From: Octopus vulgaris
Taxonomy: Eukaryota
Assembly: GCA_951406725.2 (NCBI GenBank)
Contig: OX597823.1
Coordinates: 36,146,001-36,210,000, forward strand
Reading direction: 5' to 3'
Length of the DNA stretch: 64,000 nt
The notes below the pieces were generated by a model. It saw only the letters and a list, made by a program, of their open reading frames with translations. It was not told the DNA's origin and did not search any database. A program made the position numbers and the translations under genes. This document shows positions 40,705 to 64,000 of this stretch, piece by piece. Every line of letters begins with the position of its first letter. Position 1 is the first letter of the stretch.

Positions 40705-43415
40705 CCAAACACACAACTAAAGTTTGTTTAAATGACATAAAAATTGATGACATGTTTTATATCAGTATTTGTGTATGTGTGAAACAGAGTAGTGTAAATT
40801 TATACATACATACATACATATAAGAATAGGGACTGCAAGAATCAAACAGAGCTCACAGTAAGCTCCCTGCCTGGAGCATGGCTAACGAGGAAAACTGTGG
40901 TTAAGGCTGGGATGTAACCTCATGATTGTTCTGAAAACCCATGAATCAACAATATCATATAAAACTGACCAGATAAGAGAACTGAAGTAAGAGAATAAAT
41001 GTTTATTCCATTTGTTGACACCTGTTTTGTAATCTATAAAACAGCTGCCAACTAATGGAATAAACATCTATTCTCTGACTTCACTTCTTTTATCTGGTAA
41101 ATTTAGACACACATATACATGTATGTCTATCTGTATATGCATGTGCACTGTAAGATGGCGAATTTAGAGCTTTAGGCAAAGAATCATTATCCAGTCTACT
41201 TACAATAAAGTGGCAGGGTTACTACTGTACTTGGCAGTATTATCACACTTTTTCTCACACACACACATACACACAATCTATTTCATACACATACTTTTTC
41301 AGTTGAATATTTCTTTTTAATACAACAATGCCAGAAATACCTTCTTGGGATAATTCCAAAGAGACCAGAGTCCATTCTGAAAGTTCCCTGCTCTTGACCC
41401 AAGAGAAATCTCCACAGATGGTGAGTAAAGTACAGCAGAACAACAAGCATGAACTTCATGGGATGAGAATTAGTTAAATGATAATAATAATAATAATAAT
41501 GGCTTCAAATTTTTAGCACTAGGTCAGCAATGTCAAGAGATGGGGAACAGTCAATTACATAAACCCCCAGTGATCAACTAGTAATTATTTTATTAACTCT
41601 GAAAAGATGAAAAGCAAAGTTGACCTTTGTGTGTTTTGAACTCAGAGCTGGAAGAAATGCAGTTAAGCATTTTGTCCAGTGTATTATTGAATCTGCCAGC
41701 TTTCCACCTTAGTAGTTATAGTAGTAGTAGTAGTTGTAGTAGCAGCAGCAGTAGTTGTAGTAGTATACACATCAAGTAGCAAACATACCAATAGAAACAC
41801 CAAAATCATAACATTGATAACCACACAAACAGATCCCCACTACATGGATACATTCAGACACACCTGTTAGCATGCATACACTCACAGAGGCACAACACAC
41901 ATCAACAAATATACACACCTGTTAGTGCACACACACACACACATTGTAAAAATGCTCAAAAAATATCAAACACCCAATGGAAACAAAGAATTAAAGTGAC
42001 ACATAAAGAATTTAACTACTTCATTTACAGGTTTTTAGTCAGCAGGTTTCAAAACTGGTTCCTGAAGCCAGTTGCTTTGTTTTAGTGTTTTTTACCCTAT
42101 TTTTTTCCTTTTTTTTTTCCCCATTTTCATTAGGGTCCACAGAGAATTTAAGAGTTCAATTAAATTTAGAACTTTCAGATGAGTTCAGGTTTTTTTTTTT
42201 GTTTAAGAATGGTTTGTAAAAATTTGGTTAACAAAATAGAAAAGAAAATGGATATAGGAGAAATGAAAATTAAAATAAAAAAATAAAATATTTAAATAAA
42301 GTCAAAATAAAGAGAAGAAAAAATAGCTGTGTTTCTTGTATTTATACATATCTACTGAAATGAGAAAATGCAATTTACATATTTCTCTTCAGACAAACTT
42401 ACAAAGCATGAATTTTGATGGTCTAATATGACTCATGTGTAATATATGTGTATATGTGTGTGGTGTGTATATAGTTAATTAAAATACGTGTGTATGTATA
42501 ACTAGTTAAAATGTGTGTGTGTGTGTGTGTGTGCATGGCTGTAAGCAAGTATATGTGTGAGAACTGAGATGTCCATACAATAGTGACAAATGAATGAATA
42601 ATAATGTCAGCTCATGTTTACTGTTTGGTGTGAAATGGTAAACATGTTCACATGAGCTGCCATTCCTTTATTCATTCATTTTTTCAGCTTGCACTGAATT
42701 TTACTGAATCAGTGAAGATTACAACATGAAGCTGTATGAAACCCATGGTAAGTGGTTGACAGCATAGTTCCTACATTTAAACAGAGATATGCATGCACAC
42801 ACACACATGCACACGCAACTAAGCACAGATTTTGAAATGTTGATATGTGATGATCCAAGAGTAGCCTGACGAGTTAAAAGACAGACTGACCAAACTGATG
42901 TGGGAGGTGGAAAAAGGAAGGGGTTCAAGAGGCACAACCCTATTGTGTAAGACAGGGGATTGTTTTATTACTGCTGCTTTTTACAGTGGTGATTAAAGAG
43001 TGGTGGGAAGGAGAATGGGGAGGGTAGGAAATGTGTACAACAATAAAAAAAAAAACAATTATTGGAAACCAATGCTTCCTTAAAGGTTTCCTTTATTCCA
43101 ATTTTAGATTGGAGGAAACTGTAATGAAGGGGTCTTTGTGAATCATTTTGCATTCTTTCTTTTCTCTGTCTTGTCTTTTTTCTAGTTTCCTTCTTTCTTT
43201 CTTACTTTGTTTTCTCTTTTTGCTGTTACAATTCACATTTTCTTTTATGAAAGAGAAAGAATGGAATCTCTCTTCCTTCAGTTTAAAAAAAAATGAATAA
43301 TATAAACACACTTTCATTTGAGAAAGACAGAAAATGTTCCTTAGACCACAGCAGTGTTTAGGGATTATTCCCTGCAGTAGGGCACACAATAAGCAGTATA
43401 AGTTAGGGTTCTTAT

Positions 43416-54226
<10,811 letters not shown>

Positions 54227-54449
54227 CTGAAACATACAAAAGACACTTCAACAATGAGACAAAAGGAAACCTGGAGCAAATTTCGCTAGGGAAGAAAAGT
54301 TCTGCATTGAAAGAAAAACAGAGGAAACATTGTTGCTTTGTATGGGATTATTGCTGAATAAACAATAAAAACAATAACAACAGCAAAATCATCATCATCA
54401 TCAACAACAGCAACAACAACAATGGCAATAAATGGTGGCTAGGAATTTC

Positions 54450-55480
54450 ATAATTAAGTGCTTTGCATATAATAGATATAACAAAGAGAGAAAGAGAGAA
54501 AAGGAAGGAGTAGAAAGGGGTGGGGTAGGTTATGATATTCATAAGGTATGTTGGGAAACAGTGTCCGAATGGTTATTGTTTGAGAAAATGGTGGTAGTGG
54601 TGGTTTGGTGATGATGTGTCTTGTAAATAGTAGTGTTATTATTGCTGTTGCAGCTGTGTATGTAGTGGTAGTAATGAAGCAGTGGTTATTAGTTTTAACT
54701 ATTGAACTGGAAAAGAAAGAGACAGAGCCCTTAAGCTTCATGCTCCTCAACTTGGTCAATGTTGATGGAGTTAATGTTTAAGGTAATGAATGACAGGGAG
54801 TAAAGAAACCGTCTGAGTGCATATGTGCATGTGTGTGTATGTGAGTGAGTGTGTGTGTGTGTGTGCAGCACTTAAATTTTGTAAAGACAGTCATGTGCTC
54901 ACTGAAGAAAGCTTTCAAGATCTCTGTCCATGGCAACAGTACAAATGTGGAGCGAGGCATCCAGGTTTATGTGGATAATGCCTCTGTACAAGAGTGAAAG
55001 ATACATGATAGCAAGTAGTCCTTAATGAAGAGAGATGAGATTTGGAGAGATAACCAAAAAAATGACACCTGATGTAAAAGAATATTTGTTACAGATGTAA
55101 CATCAATGCATGCATGCCACAATTTCTTGTCCAGGATATGAGAAGACAATGGAACTCATAGCATTGTTTTTACTGAAGCTGCCAAAAGCGAGAAGCCATT
55201 AGTGTGTGACATGTAAAGTAATACTATAGAAACCATATTGGTGATATATGAGAAAGGGTTCAAATGTTTGGTGATATGGATTGTAAGTGGATGATAATCT
55301 GATAATCTAATGTAAAGGCAGTGATGGCTAAGGTTAAGACAAACAGGAAGAAGTTAAAAGTATTTGGCAAGGTGATGCATTGTTAACAATTGAGAAAGAG
55401 TTGACAAAACAAGTCAGTGGAAAATGATAAATGATTCAGTCCCAATAATGTTGATGCGAGGAAAGAGGGATAAAGATAAA
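54450..55480 (-). mobile_element. old CR1/L2-like LINE remnant
   Basis: purine-rich + strand; DKKLWHAC resembles the RT FDKVWH motif. Confidence 0.4.
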
Positions 55481-55699
55481 GAGTTGTATATACTGATATC
55501 AGAAAGCTGTAAAAAAAATGTATTTTGCAGTTTTTATAGCTTGTAGTGGCTTAGCAGTTAGGATGTTGGACTCTTGATCTTAAGACATCCCATCCAGGTG
55601 GGGGGGATATAAATACCACACAAACCAGGAAACAAACCCTATGAATCTATATGACTTGGAAAGGTGCTTTATCCTTTAGCCTAGTGGTTTCTGATAGAA

Positions 55700-56440
55700 C
55701 AATTTGAGATCCAGGCAGGGCTGCTGTAATACTTAATGGATCTAATACACTGTTTCTAGTGTTGATTGGATGTGGTGCCAATGAGTGCTTTACGTATGCT
55801 TGAGCATCATTCTTTCTTTACTGTCAATATGTCTTGTACGGGTGCTGTGAATATTGTAGAAGTGTTATCTAAAATTACTAGTATTTTTAACTCGTGTGTA
55901 ATGAAGTCTCTTTGTTGTTGAGTGTGATGTTCTTGATAAAGAAGATGGTGAAATTGGAAGGTGCTATTTCTAGTCTCTTTCTTTGGAACTAGTTATCTAT
56001 GCAATTATTGACATTGTTATTGTTGTTGTACAGCTGTGTGTGGGAGTGGTGAGAAGATATGTGATGCCATCTACATGAGGCAGGGTATATGTAAATTTTG
56101 GAGATGTCATCAAATTGTATAAGTTGTTGATGAAAAAATAGATTCTTGTGGATACACTGTCTGGGATATTGCCGAGTTTAGATACATTGAATAACCTTAG
56201 AAGTAATCAGTATTTCATATTGTTTGTTGGTAAGCTTCTGTGTCTTTTGTTTACAAGTGAGTAGCAAGTTAAAATGATGCCGATTCTTCAAGTGACCACA
56301 ATAAAGAAGTATTTTATCATTTCACACCCTATTAGCTTTAACAGATCCTCAATTTAATGTTTATCTCTGTCAGTGACATCAATATAGTCAAGTGGTCTTC
56401 ACCCTCTATTAGGGTATAAACATCTCCAAAATATAACATT
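55700..56440 (-). mobile_element. Penelope-like element remnant
   Basis: decayed minus-strand pieces resembling PLE RT-EN linker and GIY-YIG region. Confidence 0.4.
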
Positions 56441-57611
56441 TGATATCATTTACTGTTCAGCACAATAGCAGAGGCCATTAAAGCCAGCTCTGCATTGAGC
56501 AATAATACTAGATATTGTTGGAATGTATCTATAAATCTCCTCTTTTGTCTTGTGCCTTGGGTCCTACAGTGCTGACAGTAAGAAAGACTTCTTTACATGC
56601 AAGGGACGAGCCTATAATGCCTGTAACAAACTAAACCATTTGGTATTTCAACAAAGTTAACAAAGCTTACTTTCTTTAGGACATATGCAGAGAGCATTCT
56701 TCTCTGTGGAGCTGAAACCTGGAGTATGCAGGAGCTTAAAGATTGTTTACATGGTATATATACCAGGCTTTTCATGAGGGCAGAAAACATCAGATGGTGT
56801 GAGCACAAGACCAAATTGATGCTGATGATATGCTGATGTCTTGCAAACAACTTGCACATGCAAGTGCTACCAGTCAAAAGCTCCGTATACCAGAAGCCAG
56901 CAAGTGTATGGGGTCATCAGGAGAGAATGCGTGCCATTTCGGGGCCTACCTCTTGATGGCATCAATGCGCACCGGACCCCCTCACTAATATGAGGCCCCG
57001 CTTGCTAGATCAGCTGGTTATGAAGTTAAGCTCAATATCCTTCTAGCCATTGCTCATCGTCTCTTTTTAACCAAATCTAGTGGCTAGGCCTAACTCATCG
57101 TAAAGTCAATACCACCATGACTGATATCCAATCATTTCCAAAGCATCCATAAATACTACAAACTCTTTAATACTCAAAATGTTATGGTTAGCAACTTATG
57201 CTTAGATAATTTCACTTCCAATATCACACATCACAACCATAACAATATGACAAAAACAAATACATACAATCATTCAGGTCACATCTCTGATTCAAGGATA
57301 CCTTTTCTACCATCAGTCAATAAAGGATCTGTAAAGGATTATGAGTATTGTTCTTCCTTGCTGACTAAAAGATAAACATGGGGGGGGGTGTACATGTATG
57401 TATAGGCATGTCTGTTAGGCACAGGCATGACACCTTTTAAGTGTCTTCTACAACAGGCACAAGCCAATCAATGCCTTATCTGTAAAATTTAGCAGATACA
57501 AGCAACATGGAAGCACATCTTTGTGTGTATGTTTCCTAGTCTCCACACTGACACTGAGCAGGTGACATTTTTGTACATCTCTTTAAACCATAGATTTAAA
57601 CATGCACACAC

Positions 57612-59395
57612 TTTTATCCTATTTACAGGAAGCTACCTCAATGATTACTTCAAACTGTCACCAATATTCTCCAAAACTGAATGACAGAAAGAGACACCCC
57701 CTAGTGGAGTAGGGCTGATAAGGGAAAGTATTTTTGATGTTTAGTTCTTATTAAACATCAGAAGTGATGTGCAAAGCATGTCTCCTAGCATCACTGTAAT
57801 GTGTGGAAGAAAACATACCTTACATGAAAAACAAGTGAAGGATAGGAAGCAAGATGGGTATCCAGCTATTGAATACTGTCTCTACTAATCTCATTCAACC
57901 CATGCCAGCATGGAAAATGTGAACATAAAAACAGTGTGTGTGTGTGTGTGTGTGTGTATGCATGTATACAAACACACATAGCAGATGCCCACACACATTC
58001 ACATATATGTAACATTATGAGAATACATATGCACACAGGCAGGCTGACAGACAGACTGATGTATGTATGTATTATGTATATAGGTTCATTTATATTTATA
58101 CTTTTATCATCAAATATATATGGAGATTGTGGTAATTGTGGTTGTGGTTTAATCTCCTAGTGAGCCTTGTTTGAACAGACCTGCGATCAATGACACTGAA
58201 ACCAACACCAATATGTCTCCCCACTCTTTTATAAGGTTCTTTCATTTTGTGCTGTGGTGTTTTTTAGTTGATGAAATTGGTGATTTTGGGGAGAAAAATT
58301 GTTGCTGACAAAAAGAGTAGAAATGTCTTCCAACATTGCTTTTAACAATAATGCTGTCTAGTGGTAGAAACACACCACTGAGAGAACCTTAAATTATAAT
58401 CTAGAGGCATGTAAATAAATACCACAAGGCATTTATTTCAACAACCATCTACTTGTGTCACACTATTAACAACTGATTGCAGATATAGATATAAGGCTAC
58501 AAATTTGGTCTTGGAGTAACAAGGATTAGATCAATGCCACTACTTGACTGACACTCATTTCATAAACTCTGAAAGGGTAAAAGACAAACTTGAACGTGGT
58601 TGGACTTGAACTCAAACAGGACTAAATATTCTTAGTCAATAAGTTTTATAATTTTTTGTAAAGTGTCATTGCTTTTTTTTTTAATCGAATTCCTTATATA
58701 GGCTGCTAATGAAATGAGATTAATTTACATTGCTAACTTTTTTCAGGAAAGGATAAAGGTTCACAGTCTTCTCTAAAAGCCAATTTTCTTAGAAGTTATT
58801 TCATACAATTGGTGTTATATATTTCTGTTAGTTTTATACATGTTTACAAATTAAATGACATTCGAAACTTAACCAATAACCATGACAATATCAATAATTC
58901 CTTTATTACTGATTCAAAACCAATAGGGACAGTATGAAGGAAGGGCCTTCCATAAAAACAATAAATAGAACAAGACATGACAAAATAAAAATAACAATAT
59001 AAATGTGTATAAAAACTAACAATGATTGTTTGAAACATCTAAAAAAGGAAAAAAAGAAGAAAAAACTGACTTTCAGAGGAGAATGTGTAACCTTTATCCT
59101 TTTCTGAGGAAAGTTAAGGATGTAAATTAATCTGAAACCAGGTCACAGATTTGTTGTAGAAAACTTGCAACCCATACAAGGTATTAATCTAAAACAAAAC
59201 CAATAGTACTTTACAAAAAGTAATAAAATTTGTTGACTAGGACTGTAGAGTGGAGTTGGAAGGGTGATGGGAGACAGGGGTTAGGATGGAGGCCCATTAT
59301 ATCCCCTCTAGTCAGCCCTGCTCCACAGGTGGCATCTGTTGTGTCACTGGTAACAGAAGTAATCAGTAAAGTAATTTCCTGTGAATAGGATAAAA
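57612..59395. repeat. diverged nested inverted repeats (MITE/foldback-like)
   Basis: 57612-57724 vs 59303-59395 and 58631-58787 vs 59062-59242 are reverse-complementary with many mismatches. Confidence 0.7.
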
Positions 59396-60799
59396 TGTTT
59401 TGTCTACATCCATTTGTGTAATGTGTATATGATTATTAAATAATAAGATGTGTATTTAATACATGGGTGGGTCGATTGAATGATGAATGATAGAATAATA
59501 AAGTGAGGAAGAAAAGTTAGAGAGAGGAAAACAGGGAAAGATAGTGAAAGGGAGAATAGACACTTTGAGAAGGTGTGAGTAGCTGATGAAAAGGGATGAA
59601 GGAGGAGGGAACCAAAGAGGAATAATTAACATACATGTCACTGTCTTTTGACTTTTATTTTGTCTCTCTAGTATTCCATTGTTTGTTTTCAATTTTCAGT
59701 TAATGAGAGAGAAAGCCACATAGTTTTACTACACTTCATGACACACCACATCCCTCACCAACAACTACTAACTTGCTACTGCTGCTGCTGCTGTTACTAC
59801 TGCTGCTACTGTTGTTGCAGCCACTTCCTTAACTTATGGCATCTGTAAAAATGTATGAAGACTTGTTTGTGTGCGTGTGTACGTTTACCCCCCATACACT
59901 GACAGACACACATTTATACATACATTTACACATTTACACACAGAATAAAATACATGTATATACATAAAATATACACAAATATAACATATGTGTTTGTAGA
60001 TCTGTGTATGTATATATATATATATTGATCACTTCCACTCTACTAACGTGTGTGTGTGTGTATGCGCGCACACACGCACGTGCATGCAGAATACCTGCTG
60101 GCTTTGTCAATTCCAGATTAGATTCTGTGTATTGATTCAACAGCTATTGAACAAGGAGGAAGGGGAGGGGAAGGGAGTGGAGGAGGATACTGCAGTGGTG
60201 AAAGTGACGGTAGATGTGGTGGTACAATGGGGGTGATAAATACAGTGGCTATGGTTGAAGTAATTCAGTGGTGTTGGAAATAGTGTAGAAAGTGTGGTGG
60301 TTATGGTAGTAGTAGTGGTGATTGATGGCATCATTAATGGTAAAAGTAGCTGTGGAATCAGTAGATGATGAAGGTAAAGGTAATGTACATGGTGGTATTA
60401 GTGGTGCTATAATAGTGAGATTAGCTTTTTGAATTAGTTTGCAAAGCTTTTCTTTTACGCCCTTTAAAATTCTTCAATATTATTAGAAAATAGAATTAGA
60501 ATTGGCAAGGATGGTAGAGTGATTTTCTAAATGCCCCTTGGTTCCTAGTTCAAATCATAGCAGAAGTGAATCAATATTTTATATTCTGCAGTACCAGTTA
60601 TATTCAGTTGAGATCACTGACAACACTCACTTTCCTTAGTAGTTAGGCATAACTGCCTCCTCATCACTTAGTGCTTCAGATCTAACAGCTAAAAATGAAA
60701 GTTTTGAATGGATTTAGTATTAATCCATGAAAATGATACATACATGTCAAAAGATCCAGTCTTCAATAATGTAACAAGTGTGAATAATATTGGTTCTGA

Positions 60800-62200
60800 A
60801 TTTTGGCAGAAGTCCAGCAATTTTGGGGGAGGGGGTAAGTCTGTTATATTGACCCCAGTACGCAATTGGTACTTATTTTATCAACCTTGAAAGGATGAAA
60901 GGCAGTCGACCTCAGAACATGAAGACAGACAAAATGCTGCTAAGCATTTTTCCCAGCATGTTAACGCATCTGACAGCTCGGCACTTTAATAAATAATATT
61001 ACTGACAATAATAGTGGTTTCTTAGTAGTTCAATGTCACACATTTATAAGTGAGTGGTACAGCTGGTTAAATAGGTCCTAGTACATCCCTACCATAGTAT
61101 TAATAGCAAAAAGACAAACCAAACAGTGGCATTTAGTTCACTACTACCACCACTTCTGCTGCTGCTGATTTTTAAAATAATTATGCGACTACATATTTTC
61201 TGGCAAAACCTACAGCATTTCAACACCCTTTAGTACTGGTGGACATGCTTACAAAAGCAAAATCATCGTAGCATCCATGACTTTTGAAAACATTTTTTCA
61301 CACTCAGAATAATAAAAGCGTGGAATAAACTACCCACATCAGCTGTTAACTGTCAGGACACTGTATCTTTCAAATATTAGAATATTTGAAAGATATATTA
61401 GAATACAGTTCCTGAAATACAACAATACTCCTGATCTACTTGTACACCCTTTTCTCTTTATGGATCTCTTGATGTTCACTATCCTGTCTTTCTTCACTTG
61501 ACTTATATGTCTGCTTTTTGCAGCCACTTTTAACCTTTGCTGATGAGATACAGTGCACTGGAGCACTGTAAACAATATATTCATTATTATTAAATTACCC
61601 CAGTACTTGACTGGCTCCTTATTTCATGAATCCTAAAAAGATGAAATGCTAAGTCAACCACGGCAAGATTTGAACTCACCACAAACTAACCACTGCTAAG
61701 TATTTTATCTGCCAGCCACAGCTCTTTTAATAATACTCCTTTCTAATATAGGCACAAAGCCTGAAATTTTTGGTAAGAGAAATAGTGGACTACATCAAGC
61801 CCACTGCTTATCTTAATGACCCCCACCCACTCCCTAAAGGATGAAAAGCAAAGACAGCTTCAGTGGAATTTGAACTCAGAATGTAAAAATAGACAAAATG
61901 CCACTATGCATTTTACCAAATGTACGAACAATGCTGTCAGCTCACTACCTTAAATGATAATAATAATCCTTTCTACTGTAGGCACAAGGCCTGAAATTTT
62001 GGGGGAGGGGATATAAGTTGATCACATTGACCTCAGTACTTGACTAGAATACTTTATCGACCTCAAAAGGATGAAAGGCAAAGTCAACCTCGGCAGAATT
62101 AGAATTCAGAACATAGTGTCATACGAAATACTAAACATTTCGCCTGGTGTACTAACAATTCTGCCAGCTCGCCAGCTTTAATAATAATGATGATGATGAT
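60800..62200 (-). mobile_element. cluster of tRNA-derived SINE copies, three in tandem at about 61600-62190
   Basis: same ggcacaaggcctgaaatttt / ggatgaaaggcaaagtc / atttgaactc consensus as 40205-40700. Confidence 0.8.
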
Positions 62201-63239
62201 GATAATTGCCCTGATCTTATAATGTACATGTTTAGTCTTGATGTAAAAGATGGGCTATAGCAAATATTCTGCTCAATATCACAGATTTGTTTGTCAGTTG
62301 CTTGACCTTAACCAGTTGAGTATATATGTTCCTTAGTGGCTGACAATATGTACATCTCTGAACAGCAGAAGTAATGGGGGAGCATCATAGCCATGTGTTC
62401 GGGGGAATCCTTTGGAGTTTGAATAATTCACCTCTGAAAATGTGGGTGTTTCATTCAACATCTTTAAACAACCCTTATTCAGGGACTTTTTGAGTAGGAT
62501 GGGTTATTCGCCCTGAAGAAAATTTTAACTAGGCCTCCACCTGCAAGGTCATGCACTGTTTATCTAGATATGAGATCACTGTATCACACACATATGGTTG
62601 TGATGCATGTGCATCAGACAGGTAGTCATGATGGGTATATTGAGTTTCGTATATTTGTACCCCAGTGTCACTTTGATGGCATGTACTGCTCTCTCACTCA
62701 ATGATGGTGACAATGATGAAAATAATAATAACTAACTAACCAACCAACCTGTACACACTGGGACACAAATATGGGCAATTATATCTGATAGTTTATTTTA
62801 TCAAGTTCAATGTTAAGAATGACAGACGTAGTTAATCCTGGTGGGACTGGAACTCAAGCATTCATGGAAAACCTATAAACAAAGATCTAAGGGTTCTGTC
62901 ATGCACTGCCCTTCCTCAATAGTAATCAAAGAAATATATACGTGAAGTCTCTATCTCTTCCCTAACATTAATTTAACCATTTCTTTTGTGTTATTATTTT
63001 AATGGGGTACAGGGAGAGAGATAGTATAGATGTAGCAGCAAAATACTTCAACCAGAGTGTCACCTCCCCAAGCTTTATGGTTGAGTGGAAATTTGAACTC
63101 AACTGTAACCATATTAGTTATTTGCATGATGGCATAGATTAGCAGGAGATTAAACTAACCCAGGACTTGACTGGTACATTATTTTATCAATCTCCTGAAG
63201 GATGAAAGAAGATGACATTGGTGAGATTTGAACATAGGT

Positions 63240-64000
63240 GGTGGGGGGGTCCAAAAGGGGTCCCAGGGAGTAACATCCTTGCCTTCCTGAGCTAGTAGTT
63301 TTCCACCACATTTCTTAAAAGCTTTTGTAGAGGCCATGGTCTTGGGACTACTCATATCCAGAAACTAAGGTTGGAGGTAAGCAAGAGCATACGTCCCATA
63401 GAAAATTTAGCTCCAAAAAAGCCTCATGACAATAGCAAAAATGCATGAGCACCAGCCAGCCAGCCCAAAGGCTGGAGTGGGCTGCACCTGTTGCCTCAAA
63501 AAGGAAGGTGCAAACCCTCATCCTGGGTCATGCAAGCATGACTTGCCTTACGATGGCTGAAGGCCTGAGGAGAAGCTTGGGCTGAGGTTGGGAAATTGGA
63601 ATATGGGCAATCTGCATGGAAGGGGAACTGAGGTTTGTGAGGAATTGAGGAAGAGGAGGGTGGATGTGTGCTGTGTACAGAAGGCTAGGTGGAGGGGCCA
63701 GGGTGCAAGATTTGTAGGGGTCAAGGGAAGAAGGTACAAGTTGTGGTGGTCGGGGAAATAGCAAGGGGACTGGGGGTGTGGGAGTTTTGGTGAAGGAAAA
63801 AATCTGTGAGAAGGTGGTGGAGGTCAGGAGAAAGAGTGACAGGATGCCGACAGTAGTATTAGAAGTGGTGAGGTTGATTTGTGGGCATGGCCTGCAAAGT
63901 GGAAGAGGGATCGCTGAGAGAGAGAGAGTGGTCCTTTAATGAAATGGTGAGTGGGTGGGACTTAGCTAAGATAGATGAATTGGTTTTAGGCATGAGTGAA
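63240..64000 (+). mobile_element. LINE (RTE-like) 5' region, decayed
   Basis: GC-richer 5'-UTR-like segment followed by RLGNWNMG endonuclease-start-like motif. Confidence 0.45.

Overview
AT-rich, repeat-dense metazoan genomic DNA. The SINE families, long (TA)n/(CA)n tracts and intron style suggest a coleoid cephalopod such as Octopus (inference). Two spliced genes face each other tail to tail. On + lie the 13 3'-most exons of a UBAP2/UBAP2L (Drosophila lingerer) homologue, 2205-18612, with an apparent 1-nt frameshift in a C9 run. On - lie three exons of a KCTD5/KCTD2/KCTD17 (Drosophila insomniac) homologue, 54226-43416; I could not find its conserved penultimate exon, and there is a candidate alternative last exon. 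The rest is decayed mariner, hAT, Gypsy, RTE, CR1-like and Penelope elements, SINEs and microsatellites. The most notable non-coding signals are a type I hammerhead ribozyme with an intact core and palindromic stem III, in sense orientation in a KCTD5 intron (50096-50183, -), a ~400-nt fold-back in a UBAP2L intron (15191-15587), and a ~94-nt hairpin downstream of the KCTD5 stop. Most ORF-track entries are TE remnants or microsatellite artefacts.
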